A stretch of DNA of 53,009 nucleotides from a virus (IMGVR_UViG_3300029258_001781:1-53009), one strand, 5' to 3'; positions 18,200-26,341 are shown, counted from the first letter of the stretch. Notes: a model not told the origin generated them from the letters alone. Numbers and translations are program-made.

Positions 18200-19366
18200 A
18201 TGACAACTGATAGTCTTATGAATCAGGGCGTAGATATGACCGTTTCCCAGCAGTGGGCGAAGCGTCCCGACGATCAGCGGTTTCTTACGTTGGAAGCCTT
18301 ATATGAGGCTTGCGGCGAGAAGGCGCGCGGCAGTCGGGAGATTCGGGAATCGCTGCGGGATCTGTCTGTCACCCTGACCGAAGACGGCGACGATCTCCGT
18401 TTGGCATTGCCGACGGAGGATCAAGAATACGAATTCACAAACTACAGTTTCGGCAGTCTGTGCAGCCGGGTCAAGGCTCCTCGGGGATACTTCGCGGAGC
18501 AGCTCAGCGGAGCGCCTGAACTGGCGGCGGAGTGCTTGAACCATTCGATCCAGGTTGCGCCGGATGAGTCGATTATGCCCTACGTATACGAGAACGGACG
18601 CGCGGAGCTTCGCGCGGCCACGTCTCAGAAGTACGGCAGGATCTACGATGCCGACGTAGCGCGGGCCCTTGTTGAGATGAACAATCGGCAGGGGGGGATC
18701 TGGAAGGTTCCCGGCACGCTGGATTGGAGCACTGGCCAACACGACGCGGGGACGGCTGTCACGAAGGAAAGTACCACGCTATACGCGAGCGATCGCGATA
18801 TGTTCGCTTTTCTCTGTGACGACCAGCACCCGATCGAAGTGGGCAAGCTTCCCAACGGGGAACCCGATCTGATGTTCCGGGGCTTCTACGTCTGGAATTC
18901 GGAGACGGGGAATAGCTCTTTTGGCTTTTCTTCTATGTACATGCGCGCGGTGTGCGCTAACCGCATTCTCTGGGGTGTGGAAGGGAAGAAAGAGATCACG
19001 TTTCGGCACTCCAAAAACGCGCCGCATAAGTTTCTGCGCGAAGTCGCGCCGATGCTGCGCGATTTCACCCAGAACAATACGCACGCGGTAACGGCTGGCG
19101 TCATCGAAGCCAAGCGGGAAACGCTTCCCAAGGATCGGAAAGACGTCATCCACTGGATCGCCAAGAATGCCGGCGTCCCTCAGAACCGGGCGACGGCGGC
19201 GGTTAACGCGGTCTACCGCGAAGAGGGCCGCGCGTGCCGGTCGGTGTGGGACGTGGCGCAGGGCCTCACGGCTGTAGCGCGGCGCATCCCGCACCAGGAT
19301 CAGCGGATCACGCTGGAGCGTGCCGCTAAGAAACTGTTGGACAAGGCCGCGCCCGCGCTGGCGTAG
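18200..19366 (+). CDS. DUF932 (phage/plasmid TIGR03299-like) protein
   Basis: QWAKRPDDQRFLTL, LYASDRDMF, WNSETG, RAVCANRILWG, RHSK. Confidence 0.85.
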   Translation: MTTDSLMNQGVDMTVSQQWAKRPDDQRFLTLEALYEACGEKARGSREIRESLRDLSVTLTEDGDDLRLALPTEDQEYEFTNYSFGSLCSRVKAPRGYFAEQLSGAPELAAECLNHSIQVAPDESIMPYVYENGRAELRAATSQKYGRIYDADVARALVEMNNRQGGIWKVPGTLDWSTGQHDAGTAVTKESTTLYASDRDMFAFLCDDQHPIEVGKLPNGEPDLMFRGFYVWNSETGNSSFGFSSMYMRAVCANRILWGVEGKKEITFRHSKNAPHKFLREVAPMLRDFTQNNTHAVTAGVIEAKRETLPKDRKDVIHWIAKNAGVPQNRATAAVNAVYREEGRACRSVWDVAQGLTAVARRIPHQDQRITLERAAKKLLDKAAPALA

Positions 19367-19435
19367 CACACGACGACGAGAGCAAACCATAACCAGAAAC
19401 GACCCCCGCAGCGATTCAACCCCGTACCACGGGAC

Positions 19436-19465
19436 AAGCGCCCAGACACGAGTCCGGGCGTTTTT
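19436..19465 (+). terminator. Intrinsic terminator
   Basis: GCGCCC...GGGCG stem followed by TTTTT. Confidence 0.7.
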
Positions 19466-19509
19466 CTTGTGGCATAGGGCCGCAACCTTTACCCGATAAG
19501 GATCACCCC

Positions 19510-19815
19510 ATGAACCAGGAAACCACCACCAAGCGCGAACCCTTGGCCAGTTATTCGGCCATGGTGAACCGCGCCACCGAAGAAGCCGGGAAGGCGATCC
19601 GCGCTGCTATTCGGCGCGGCATGCGTCCCAAGGTGCATTTGTACTACGCCCCCGGCGATCTGCTTTGCACCGAAGACGAGCCCCCCGAAGGCTACAAGCT
19701 CGCCACCGCGCAGTGCGTGCCACACTGGCGCGGGCGCGAAACGTGGCGCGCTTGGATCACGATGGTGTCTCGCTCGCTTCCTTGCATGCTAACGGACGGA
19801 GGATCGGATCGATGA
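19510..19815 (+). CDS. Early hypothetical protein
   Basis: AAGGATC RBS. Confidence 0.65.
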   Translation: MNQETTTKREPLASYSAMVNRATEEAGKAIRAAIRRGMRPKVHLYYAPGDLLCTEDEPPEGYKLATAQCVPHWRGRETWRAWITMVSRSLPCMLTDGGSDR

Positions 19816-19997
19816 CAATGGCAGAGCATGATCTTTGGTATGAACGCGGGCGCGCTGCGTTCCGGGCCCGGCATGGGCACTACCCCGATCACCTGATACC
19901 GCCGGAGGATACGCCCGAGGCTGACGCATTCGGCGAAGGTTTCGCGGACGAACACAGCGACTACGCAAGCAGCCAGGCAATTACGACCGGCTTCTAG
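19812..19997 (+). CDS. Small Rmf/CrpP-like protein
   Basis: WYERGRAAF...P...AFGEGF; ATGA overlap. Confidence 0.5.
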   Translation: MTMAEHDLWYERGRAAFRARHGHYPDHLIPPEDTPEADAFGEGFADEHSDYASSQAITTGF

Positions 19998-20080
19998 TGC
20001 CGCGCGCATCGGGCACGCTTTCGGGCGTGCCCCTTGCGGGCCGCATTGGGCGAGCCCACAAACCAGACAAGGATCAGACG

Positions 20081-20524
20081 ATGAGAACCTATCCCCTGAG
20101 AATCACCCAGGAGCAAGGCGAACACGCCGATCGGATCTATTCGGTGGCGTGCGCATGGGTTGGCCCCCCGGCGCGCGAATTCGATCGGGCTGAGTTGATG
20201 CGCGACTACGCGATCCAGACGATCCACGATATCCGCGACGCTGGCCACGCTGCGACGGTCTACTTTGACCCGTGGATCGACCTGCCCAACCAGATCGGGC
20301 CGGAGCTTCACCGCGCATGCTCGGACGATTGGCCCAGCGTACAGGCGCGGCGCGCGGTTGCGGAGTTGAACCGGATCGGGATGTTGCCCGGGGACGTTGA
20401 CCGCATCGCCGCCGCGCTGGCGATCGATCGGGTGTCGGACTTGCCCGCGCTTGTCCAGGTAGCGAACCGCTGCACGGCGGCGCTCTGCGCGCTGACCGAT
20501 CACGGGGATCTCGGGAATGGGTAG
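20081..20524 (+). CDS. Early hypothetical protein
   Basis: ACAAGGATC RBS. Confidence 0.65.
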   Translation: MRTYPLRITQEQGEHADRIYSVACAWVGPPAREFDRAELMRDYAIQTIHDIRDAGHAATVYFDPWIDLPNQIGPELHRACSDDWPSVQARRAVAELNRIGMLPGDVDRIAAALAIDRVSDLPALVQVANRCTAALCALTDHGDLGNG

Positions 20525-20741
20525 CCCGCGCGAACTGCAACCGGGCGATCAGGTGCATTTGTACGACTGGCCTTTGGACAGGATCGGCTTCATTGGGATC
20601 GCAACCATCCGCGAGCTGTACCCGCGCGAACGTGCGCCGCACCCGCTGCGCTTGGCGAAGGTTCACATCGAGGGCGACGGCGACGCGGTTACCTATGATC
20701 GCTACGTGGTCGGGTTTAATCGGGTCACCGATGGCCGCTAA
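20517..20741 (+). CDS. Early hypothetical protein (SH3-like beta barrel?)
   Basis: LQPGDQVHLY...IGIATI. Confidence 0.6.
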   Translation: MGSPRELQPGDQVHLYDWPLDRIGFIGIATIRELYPRERAPHPLRLAKVHIEGDGDAVTYDRYVVGFNRVTDGR

Positions 20742-20955
20742 CGGAGCATACACGCGACTAGAAGATCTCGCGGCTCGCGTGCGGGCTGCGGGGTTTATTT
20801 TGGAGACTGACGGCGCGGGATCGAATTGGCGCGGGTGCATTTACCCCGCTGGCGACGACTTCGCCGACCCCGTGATCGAAGTGACAGGAACAACGCGGCT
20901 CCGGGCTCAGTTGCTCGCATGCCGTGAGTTTATCAACCAGAGGAACGAACCATGA
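20731..20955 (+). CDS. Early hypothetical protein
   Basis: Coupled to neighbours. Confidence 0.55.
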   Translation: MAANGAYTRLEDLAARVRAAGFILETDGAGSNWRGCIYPAGDDFADPVIEVTGTTRLRAQLLACREFINQRNEP

Positions 20956-21257
20956 TCGCAATTGAAACCAGATACCACGGAGCAACGAACACAAAGCCAT
21001 CAAGCGTAACGGCGCGGACCCACGACGGACACAAAATCCGCCTGACTTGGGATACCGACGTAGACGCCTACGATATGCACGCGCGCGCGGCGCTGGCGCT
21101 CTGTCACAAATTGGGCTGGACGCCCAAAGGCAAGCACGGCGGAAAGCACATGCACACGCTACAGGGTGCGGGCACGCGGGCCGGTTACGTGTTCGCGTTC
21201 ATTGACGAGGATTACCAGATCAAGATCACGGAGGCGGAAGCATGCAATACACAGTAA
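20952..21257 (+). CDS. Early hypothetical protein (MIAIETRYHGATNTK-type)
   Basis: GAGGA RBS; N-terminal motif common in phage early regions. Confidence 0.7.
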   Translation: MIAIETRYHGATNTKPSSVTARTHDGHKIRLTWDTDVDAYDMHARAALALCHKLGWTPKGKHGGKHMHTLQGAGTRAGYVFAFIDEDYQIKITEAEACNTQ

Positions 21258-21742
21258 CGGCAGACCACGCCCCCGCAACCGTGCCCACGCCCTACCGGGT
21301 GCGCTACCAGGACGGATCGACCGTAGCGCATTGCCAGCAACCGCAAGAAGCGCAACGGATCGCGGATTGCCTGAACGCTTGCGCGGGGATGGATGACCCG
21401 GCAGCGGAGATCGCGCGGATGCGAGACGTACTCGAAAGCGTAGCGGCAGGCAATACCGAGATCGCGGCGCTGGAAGAAGCAGCCCGCGCCGCGCTCAGGG
21501 AGTCCAGCACCGAGCCCGCCTCCACCGAATACCGCATCATCGGCTATTACGAGGACAACGGGCAGCGCTACGATCACACCCAGGCGGGCGAGAATTGGCA
21601 GGACGCGCTACAGATTCTCGCGGAAGGTGACATAGACGCGGACGCACTTTGGATCGTTTCGATCCTGCATGCGGGCACCGGGGACGCCGTAGATATTGGG
21701 ATCGGAGAAGCAACGATCGCGGATCTGTTGGGCGAAGTCTAG
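21242..21742 (+). CDS. Early hypothetical protein
   Basis: GGAGG RBS; AQRIADCLNACAG motif. Confidence 0.65.
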   Translation: MQYTVTADHAPATVPTPYRVRYQDGSTVAHCQQPQEAQRIADCLNACAGMDDPAAEIARMRDVLESVAAGNTEIAALEEAARAALRESSTEPASTEYRIIGYYEDNGQRYDHTQAGENWQDALQILAEGDIDADALWIVSILHAGTGDAVDIGIGEATIADLLGEV

Positions 21743-21834
21743 CCCGTGCCCCCACATTAGGCGCGGGGCTCCGGCTCCGCGCCCTTTGTGGCGGCATGAG
21801 TCGCCGAAACCAGAACCAACCAGGAGATCGGATA

Positions 21835-22350
21835 ATGGAATTAGTCGAAGTATGGGAGCCCGGCAACGGGCTGCGCTACGAGCTGATGCTACAGCACATC
21901 CAGAACGAAACCCCGAATGATATTTACGGCGATTGGAAAATGGAAAACCGTCATATCGGCGGGATCACCGTGGCACTGAGTGCAAGCGATCAGTTTGTGC
22001 AGAGCGCAGAAACTACGCACTGGCGGCACTGCGACACGACGCCGGCGCAGCTTGCGAGGGAATACGCCGCCCGAGGAATGGATCGCCCTGATTCAACCGC
22101 ATATCAACACCTGAGAGCACAGCTCCGTGACGCGATACTGGGCGACAGCTTGCACGTGGTGTTCCGCGTATCATGGGGGAATATCACGCTGGCGGAGGAT
22201 TCCATCGGCACGTGCACGGAGTATCTCGGCAATCACGAGGAAGCCGCGCGCGAAGTTATGGCGGATTATTTCGACGTGTTCGAGCTCACGGCGGAGGCTT
22301 TGCGCCATGCGCGGACATACGCCGATGAACTTGACCAGATCGCAGCCTAA
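21835..22350 (+). CDS. Early hypothetical protein
   Basis: AGGAGATCGG RBS. Confidence 0.6.
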   Translation: MELVEVWEPGNGLRYELMLQHIQNETPNDIYGDWKMENRHIGGITVALSASDQFVQSAETTHWRHCDTTPAQLAREYAARGMDRPDSTAYQHLRAQLRDAILGDSLHVVFRVSWGNITLAEDSIGTCTEYLGNHEEAAREVMADYFDVFELTAEALRHARTYADELDQIAA

Positions 22351-22492
22351 CGAGCCCGGGCCCGGGGTGCGTGCCCCGGGCCCATGGAGGAAACCATGCG
22401 CCGCTTTGCTCCTTGGGTGGCGGTCGGGCTCGCCCTTTACCAACTGAGCCGGATCGTTTACCTTGTCATCACCACCAAATGAGGATCAGACC

Positions 22493-22642
22493 ATGAACAA
22501 CGCTATTGCAACGCTTGCCGGGATACTCGCCCGCAATGCCAACCCGGACAGCCCGCTGTACTGCCAGCTCCGCCGCATCGAGATCGACGCCATCGCGGAC
22601 GCCATCGGACACTTGAGCCCATGCGCGGAGGATCGGTCATGA
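22493..22642 (+). CDS. 49-aa early peptide
   Basis: GAGGATCAG RBS; ATGA overlap with the next gene. Confidence 0.55.
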   Translation: MNNAIATLAGILARNANPDSPLYCQLRRIEIDAIADAIGHLSPCAEDRS

Positions 22643-22866
22643 GCTACACCCCGTCCTACCGCCACAAAAGCCGCCCGGTATCGGAGGCCGCCGTACTTGA
22701 ACACGCGCTAGACCTGCATCACCTAGACCAAATGATCCAAGTACGCGAAGCGCACCGCGATCAAGTTCCCCCGGAAATGCTAGAGAAATTCGACCGCGTA
22801 ACCGAAGCGCTTGAAATGGCACACGCGGCACTGGAACGCGAGCAGGTGGCCCCATGTTACAACTGA
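22639..22866 (+). CDS. Early hypothetical protein
   Basis: GAGGATCGG RBS. Confidence 0.55.
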   Translation: MSYTPSYRHKSRPVSEAAVLEHALDLHHLDQMIQVREAHRDQVPPEMLEKFDRVTEALEMAHAALEREQVAPCYN

Positions 22867-23384
22867 TTTTCGGCATGGACCCCGGGAAGTCGGGCGCGAT
22901 CGCTTGGGCAACCAACGACGGTCGGCACGGACACACCAAGATGCCGGCGGACAGCCGCGCACTGCTGGAGTATTTGCGCGCTATCCGCTTCGAGATTGCG
23001 CCGGATGAGTCATTTGCATTCATTGAGCACGTCGGTGGGCTGTTCATCGGCAATATCGCCAAGAAGCAGATACACCAACTCACCAAGGGCGACGCCAAAA
23101 CCCTGATGAACGCGCTGCAACGATCGAGCGCCAACTTGTCGCTGCGCGAAAATCTGGGCGAGCTGCGCATGGGCTGCACCGCATGTGGGATCACCGTAGC
23201 CAAGGAGCCGCGGCCGCAACACTGGATGAAGCGCTTGGATCTGGCGCAGACAGACTCCGCCAAGCGCAAGACGGAGATTTACGAGCGCATGCAACAACAG
23301 TTTCCGGACTGGAAGTTTCCCAAGTACGCCGCCGATGCTGTCGCTCTGGTCGACTACGGCCAGACGTGGTTGCGCGACAAATGA
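22854..23384 (+). CDS. RuvC-like Holliday junction resolvase
   Basis: IFGMDPGKSGAIA, AFIEHV, PQHWMK, ADAVAL. Confidence 0.85.
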   Translation: MLQLIFGMDPGKSGAIAWATNDGRHGHTKMPADSRALLEYLRAIRFEIAPDESFAFIEHVGGLFIGNIAKKQIHQLTKGDAKTLMNALQRSSANLSLRENLGELRMGCTACGITVAKEPRPQHWMKRLDLAQTDSAKRKTEIYERMQQQFPDWKFPKYAADAVALVDYGQTWLRDK

Positions 23385-23569
23385 AGCGGCGTAGTTGCCC
23401 GACGTGCGGAAGCCGTAGCGTTTCTACGATCCACGACGGCGCTGAGTGCGAGAATCCGCCAGCACCGGGCGAACCGGAATGGGAGCGCGAGTGGAGCCCG
23501 TTCTACGAACACATTTGTGCCCGGTGCGGTGCTGAGTGGTTCACCCTTATCGAACTGGAGCGCTGGTGA
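23381..23569 (+). CDS. Zinc-ribbon protein
   Basis: CPTCGS...CARCGAEW; ATGA overlap. Confidence 0.65.
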   Translation: MKRRSCPTCGSRSVSTIHDGAECENPPAPGEPEWEREWSPFYEHICARCGAEWFTLIELERW

Positions 23570-23581
23570 ATACGACACCAC

Positions 23582-23610
23582 TTGACACCAGGCGACAAGT
23601 CATGTAATCT
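23582..23610 (+). promoter_or_regulatory. Strong sigma70-type promoter P1
   Basis: TTGACA-17 bp-TAATCT. Confidence 0.8.
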
Positions 23611-23616
23611 CCGAGC

Positions 23617-23702
23617 TACTTGCAGCGCCGATCCTTGTCAGATCGAGCTTCTCATACTAGGCCGCGCCCCTTTTCTGGTTTGGGGGCGCGGTCGCTGCTT
23701 TT
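23617..23702 (+). ncRNA. Putative ~85-nt small RNA
   Basis: Lies between P1 and a GC hairpin (23660-23693) plus TTTT; closing stem GCAGCG/CGCTGC; CGATC/GATCG hairpin with CUUGUCA loop; no ATG-started ORF. Confidence 0.6.
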
Positions 23703-23711
23703 ACGGGGCAC

Positions 23712-23740
23712 TTGACGACGCAGTTGCCCGATGCTACGAT
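23712..23740 (+). promoter_or_regulatory. sigma70-type promoter P2
   Basis: TTGACG-17 bp-TACGAT with extended -10 TG. Confidence 0.75.
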
Positions 23741-23746
23741 ACGCGC

Positions 23747-24295
23747 CAGTATGAAAGCTTCCCACAGACAACAAGGATCGTCCCGCGCCCACGGCTTTCA
23801 GGCGCGTCGTTGCTCGATCCAAGCCCCGGGGCGGCCAGGGATAAGCTGGAACCAGACGTGTACCCGCCACGGCCAAGCACCTGCGATTTCGACACGGGGC
23901 TCTAAGCAGAGAATCGGGCAACGAGGACTTTCACCCGCAAATGGAGCCCGAGTGATCGGGCTGGAAGGTATCGCGCACCAGAGAAAGCGCGCGAAGGAAG
24001 CTCCCCTAGTCTGGTCGCTAAACACAGTCTGATCTAAACCGGATCGAGGGACTGTCTACTGGGTGGTGAATAACTGACCAGAAGGGAGCGGGTGCATCTT
24101 ACTGCGAACGCGGACCCCAGATCCACCCTGCACCACGGCAGGTAGTACATCGGCCGTCAGGGCCGTTCCGAGACTCGACCCAGCCCTCGCCGTGACAATT
24201 CTTGCATAGGAGTTTCGGTGCCGTGCCCTTTACGGCGCCCGGTCGAGCTGCTGGCTTGATGGGTGTCATCGGCTGCATGTCTCGTAACTCCAGTC
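23747..24295 (+). ncRNA. Putative large (~550 nt) structured non-coding RNA
   Basis: Downstream of P2; many nested helices; no credible ORF. Confidence 0.5.
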
Positions 24296-24303
24296 GTTTA
24301 GTG

Positions 24304-24321
24304 CTGATACCAGTGTATCAG
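24304..24321. promoter_or_regulatory. Palindromic operator candidate CTGATAC-CAGT-GTATCAG
   Basis: Perfect 7-bp inverted repeat ~35 bp upstream of the XRE gene promoter. Confidence 0.55.
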
Positions 24322-24354
24322 GACTCCATGCGTATCGCCACCTGAACACCAGGG

Positions 24355-24383
24355 TTGACTTTCTGATAGCAGAGTGCTAGTCT
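24355..24383 (+). promoter_or_regulatory. sigma70-type promoter P3
   Basis: TTGACT-17 bp-TAGTCT with extended -10 TG. Confidence 0.75.
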
Positions 24384-24409
24384 CGTGGTTACAGCAAAGG
24401 AGTCACGAT

Positions 24410-24628
24410 ATGGCATTGTTGCTCGATGGAGAGAAGATCCGGAAACGCCGAGCCGAATTGCAAATTCGGCAACGCGACCTTGCCACGCCGCTCAACACGT
24501 CGGAGTCTTATGTCAGCCGGCTCGAGCGAAGCAAGACAGCTTCGAAGCCCGAAACCATTCGCGCGCTGTCGAAGACGTTGAAGTGCAAGCCGTCGGACCT
24601 GATGACCGAGGTCGACGAGGACGAATAG
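24410..24628 (+). CDS. XRE-family HTH transcription regulator (Cro-like)
   Basis: IRKRRAELQIRQRDLA...SESYVSRLER...LKCKPSDL; AAGGAG RBS. Confidence 0.9.
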   Translation: MALLLDGEKIRKRRAELQIRQRDLATPLNTSESYVSRLERSKTASKPETIRALSKTLKCKPSDLMTEVDEDE

Positions 24629-24712
24629 TTTTCCTCCCCCGAAGCGGGGCCGGCCGTTGCCCAACCACCCTCCCAGCGGCCGGCCCCCAGCCTTAATTGA
24701 ATCAGTTTTTAT

Positions 24713-25188
24713 GCCCAACCAAGCGCCCCTGAACTACCAGTCAAGCGGAGTCGTCACACTGCGGCTTTGGAGTGTGCCTCAAGGTTGGGCATGCCTTTGG
24801 TGGTGTGGCGCGCAGTGCTGACGAGCACGGGAGAGTATGCCAGCCCGGTAGCGCGGACCACCGCCATTACCTTATCTGGGTTCGCCCAGCGTGCCGTCCA
24901 AACCGAGCACCTAGATCGGCTGGTACATGGATAGCGGGGTTGCTCCCGCGAAGCCCAGCGGCACGAAATACATTTGAATCTTTTGGCGGGCAGTAATCAT
25001 CCGGCCAGTAGTGATCGTTTTCTAAGCGCTCTCCTACCGGGCAGTGACGTTGGTGAGAAACCAACTCCCGCCACTCTTTTGCGGTGCTCGACGAGCGTGT
25101 GCCTCAGTGCGTAATGGGATCGCGGCACAAGTAAGAGCCCTCACTGCCTGCCACCCTAGAGGAGCACAAGGCAATGGGGGCCACCGCA
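24713..25188 (+). ncRNA. Array of five tRNA-sized closed-stem RNAs (tRNA-like)
   Basis: Units 24713-24791, 24799-24866, 24878-24957, 24985-25073 and 25081-25188; each has paired ends plus a 3' A; U-rich spacers. Confidence 0.5.
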
Positions 25189-25300
25189 TTCGATTTGGTT
25201 GTCAATCTTCCCCTGGCAACCGTTCATGGCGGCCTGTTGTCGCCATGCCCCGGGTCGCCTGTATGCGGCCTAGGGGCACTTTTTGAACAAGGAGCACGAC

Positions 25301-26338
25301 ATGAGCAAAGGCAGGAAGCTGCGCAAGTATCCAGGCCCCGAAGGCCCAGAGTTTCGAGAGTTCGCGACCGAGAACGAATGGCTGGCGGGGCGCCGCGCGC
25401 GCATGCAGGCCAGTGAGATCGCCACGCTGTTCATCGACGAGATCGAGGAGCAGGGGCAGACCACGTATCACACCCCGTACACGCTGGCGCTGGAGAAGAT
25501 CGGTGCGACACAGAAGATTTTCACCGACCGGGAGAAGCAACGTAACTGGATCTCCCACCGCACCGAGGAAGTGATCGGCCAGTTCTGGCGCGAGTACGAC
25601 CCCTGCAAGAGCACTTGGCGCGCCGACCAGCACACTATCCTAGAGCGCCCGGAAATGCCCCACGTAGGCGCCACACTCGACTTCATGACGGTGATTCCGG
25701 ACGAGGGCGGTGCGATGCCGCTCGAATGCAAAGCCGCAGGCGAGTGGGGGCGCCGGGAGTGGCGGGATGGTGACGTGCCGCTCAAGTTTCAGGTACAGGC
25801 CAGCCTACAGATGGCGGTGACGGGCACCGATCGCGCGGTTGTATTCTGTCTCATTGGCGGCTACACCCCGAAGTGGACGATTATCGATCGCGACGAAGAC
25901 TTGATCAAGATCGCCATTGATCGCGCAACGGAGTTCATGGAAATGATCCGCGCCGGCAAACTTCCGCCGGTGGACGGTCGGGCTCTGACGTCGACCGTAC
26001 TGAACATGCTGCATCCAGACGACAACGGCCATTCCATCAGCCTGCCCAGTGACGCGGACGCATGGTTCGAATCATTGGACTTCCTCAAGTACAAGCGCAA
26101 CGAGGTCGAGCGCGAGGAAGAACGGCTCAAGCAGTCCGTGAAGGAGTGCATGGGCGAGAACACTTACGGTGAGACGGAGGATATCGAGTTCTCTTGGAAG
26201 ACCGAGGGCGGGAAGCCGCAATACCTGAAAGTCCCGTTGAACAACGCGAACGACCTTGTGGCGGCGGGCATCGAGTTCAAAACACATCTGTCGGCAAAGA
26301 AGCGAGTTCTGCGTCGTAAGGAAAAACCGAAAGGATAG
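25301..26338 (+). CDS. YqaJ/lambda-exonuclease family recombination nuclease
   Basis: EWLAGRR...ASEIA, GATLD, LECKA, QVQAS; AAGGAG RBS. Confidence 0.88.
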   Translation: MSKGRKLRKYPGPEGPEFREFATENEWLAGRRARMQASEIATLFIDEIEEQGQTTYHTPYTLALEKIGATQKIFTDREKQRNWISHRTEEVIGQFWREYDPCKSTWRADQHTILERPEMPHVGATLDFMTVIPDEGGAMPLECKAAGEWGRREWRDGDVPLKFQVQASLQMAVTGTDRAVVFCLIGGYTPKWTIIDRDEDLIKIAIDRATEFMEMIRAGKLPPVDGRALTSTVLNMLHPDDNGHSISLPSDADAWFESLDFLKYKRNEVEREEERLKQSVKECMGENTYGETEDIEFSWKTEGGKPQYLKVPLNNANDLVAAGIEFKTHLSAKKRVLRRKEKPKG

Positions 26339-26341
26339 GCC

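Noticed and set aside
23922-23938. RNase P or group II intron GAAAGTCC motif on the minus strand
   Set aside because: Other conserved elements are absent, and the promoter and GNRA loop favour the plus strand.
23751-24032. Leaderless 93-aa CDS after promoter P2
   Set aside because: Composition is not protein-like and the region is densely base-paired; treated as ncRNA, though coding is not excluded.
24815-24845. Hammerhead ribozyme (CTGACGA core)
   Set aside because: No GAAA after stem II and no UH cleavage-site geometry.
24985-25073. Canonical amber suppressor or Arg tRNA
   Set aside because: No proper D-arm, T-loop is TGAGAAA, and the anticodon stem is irregular; reported only as tRNA-like.
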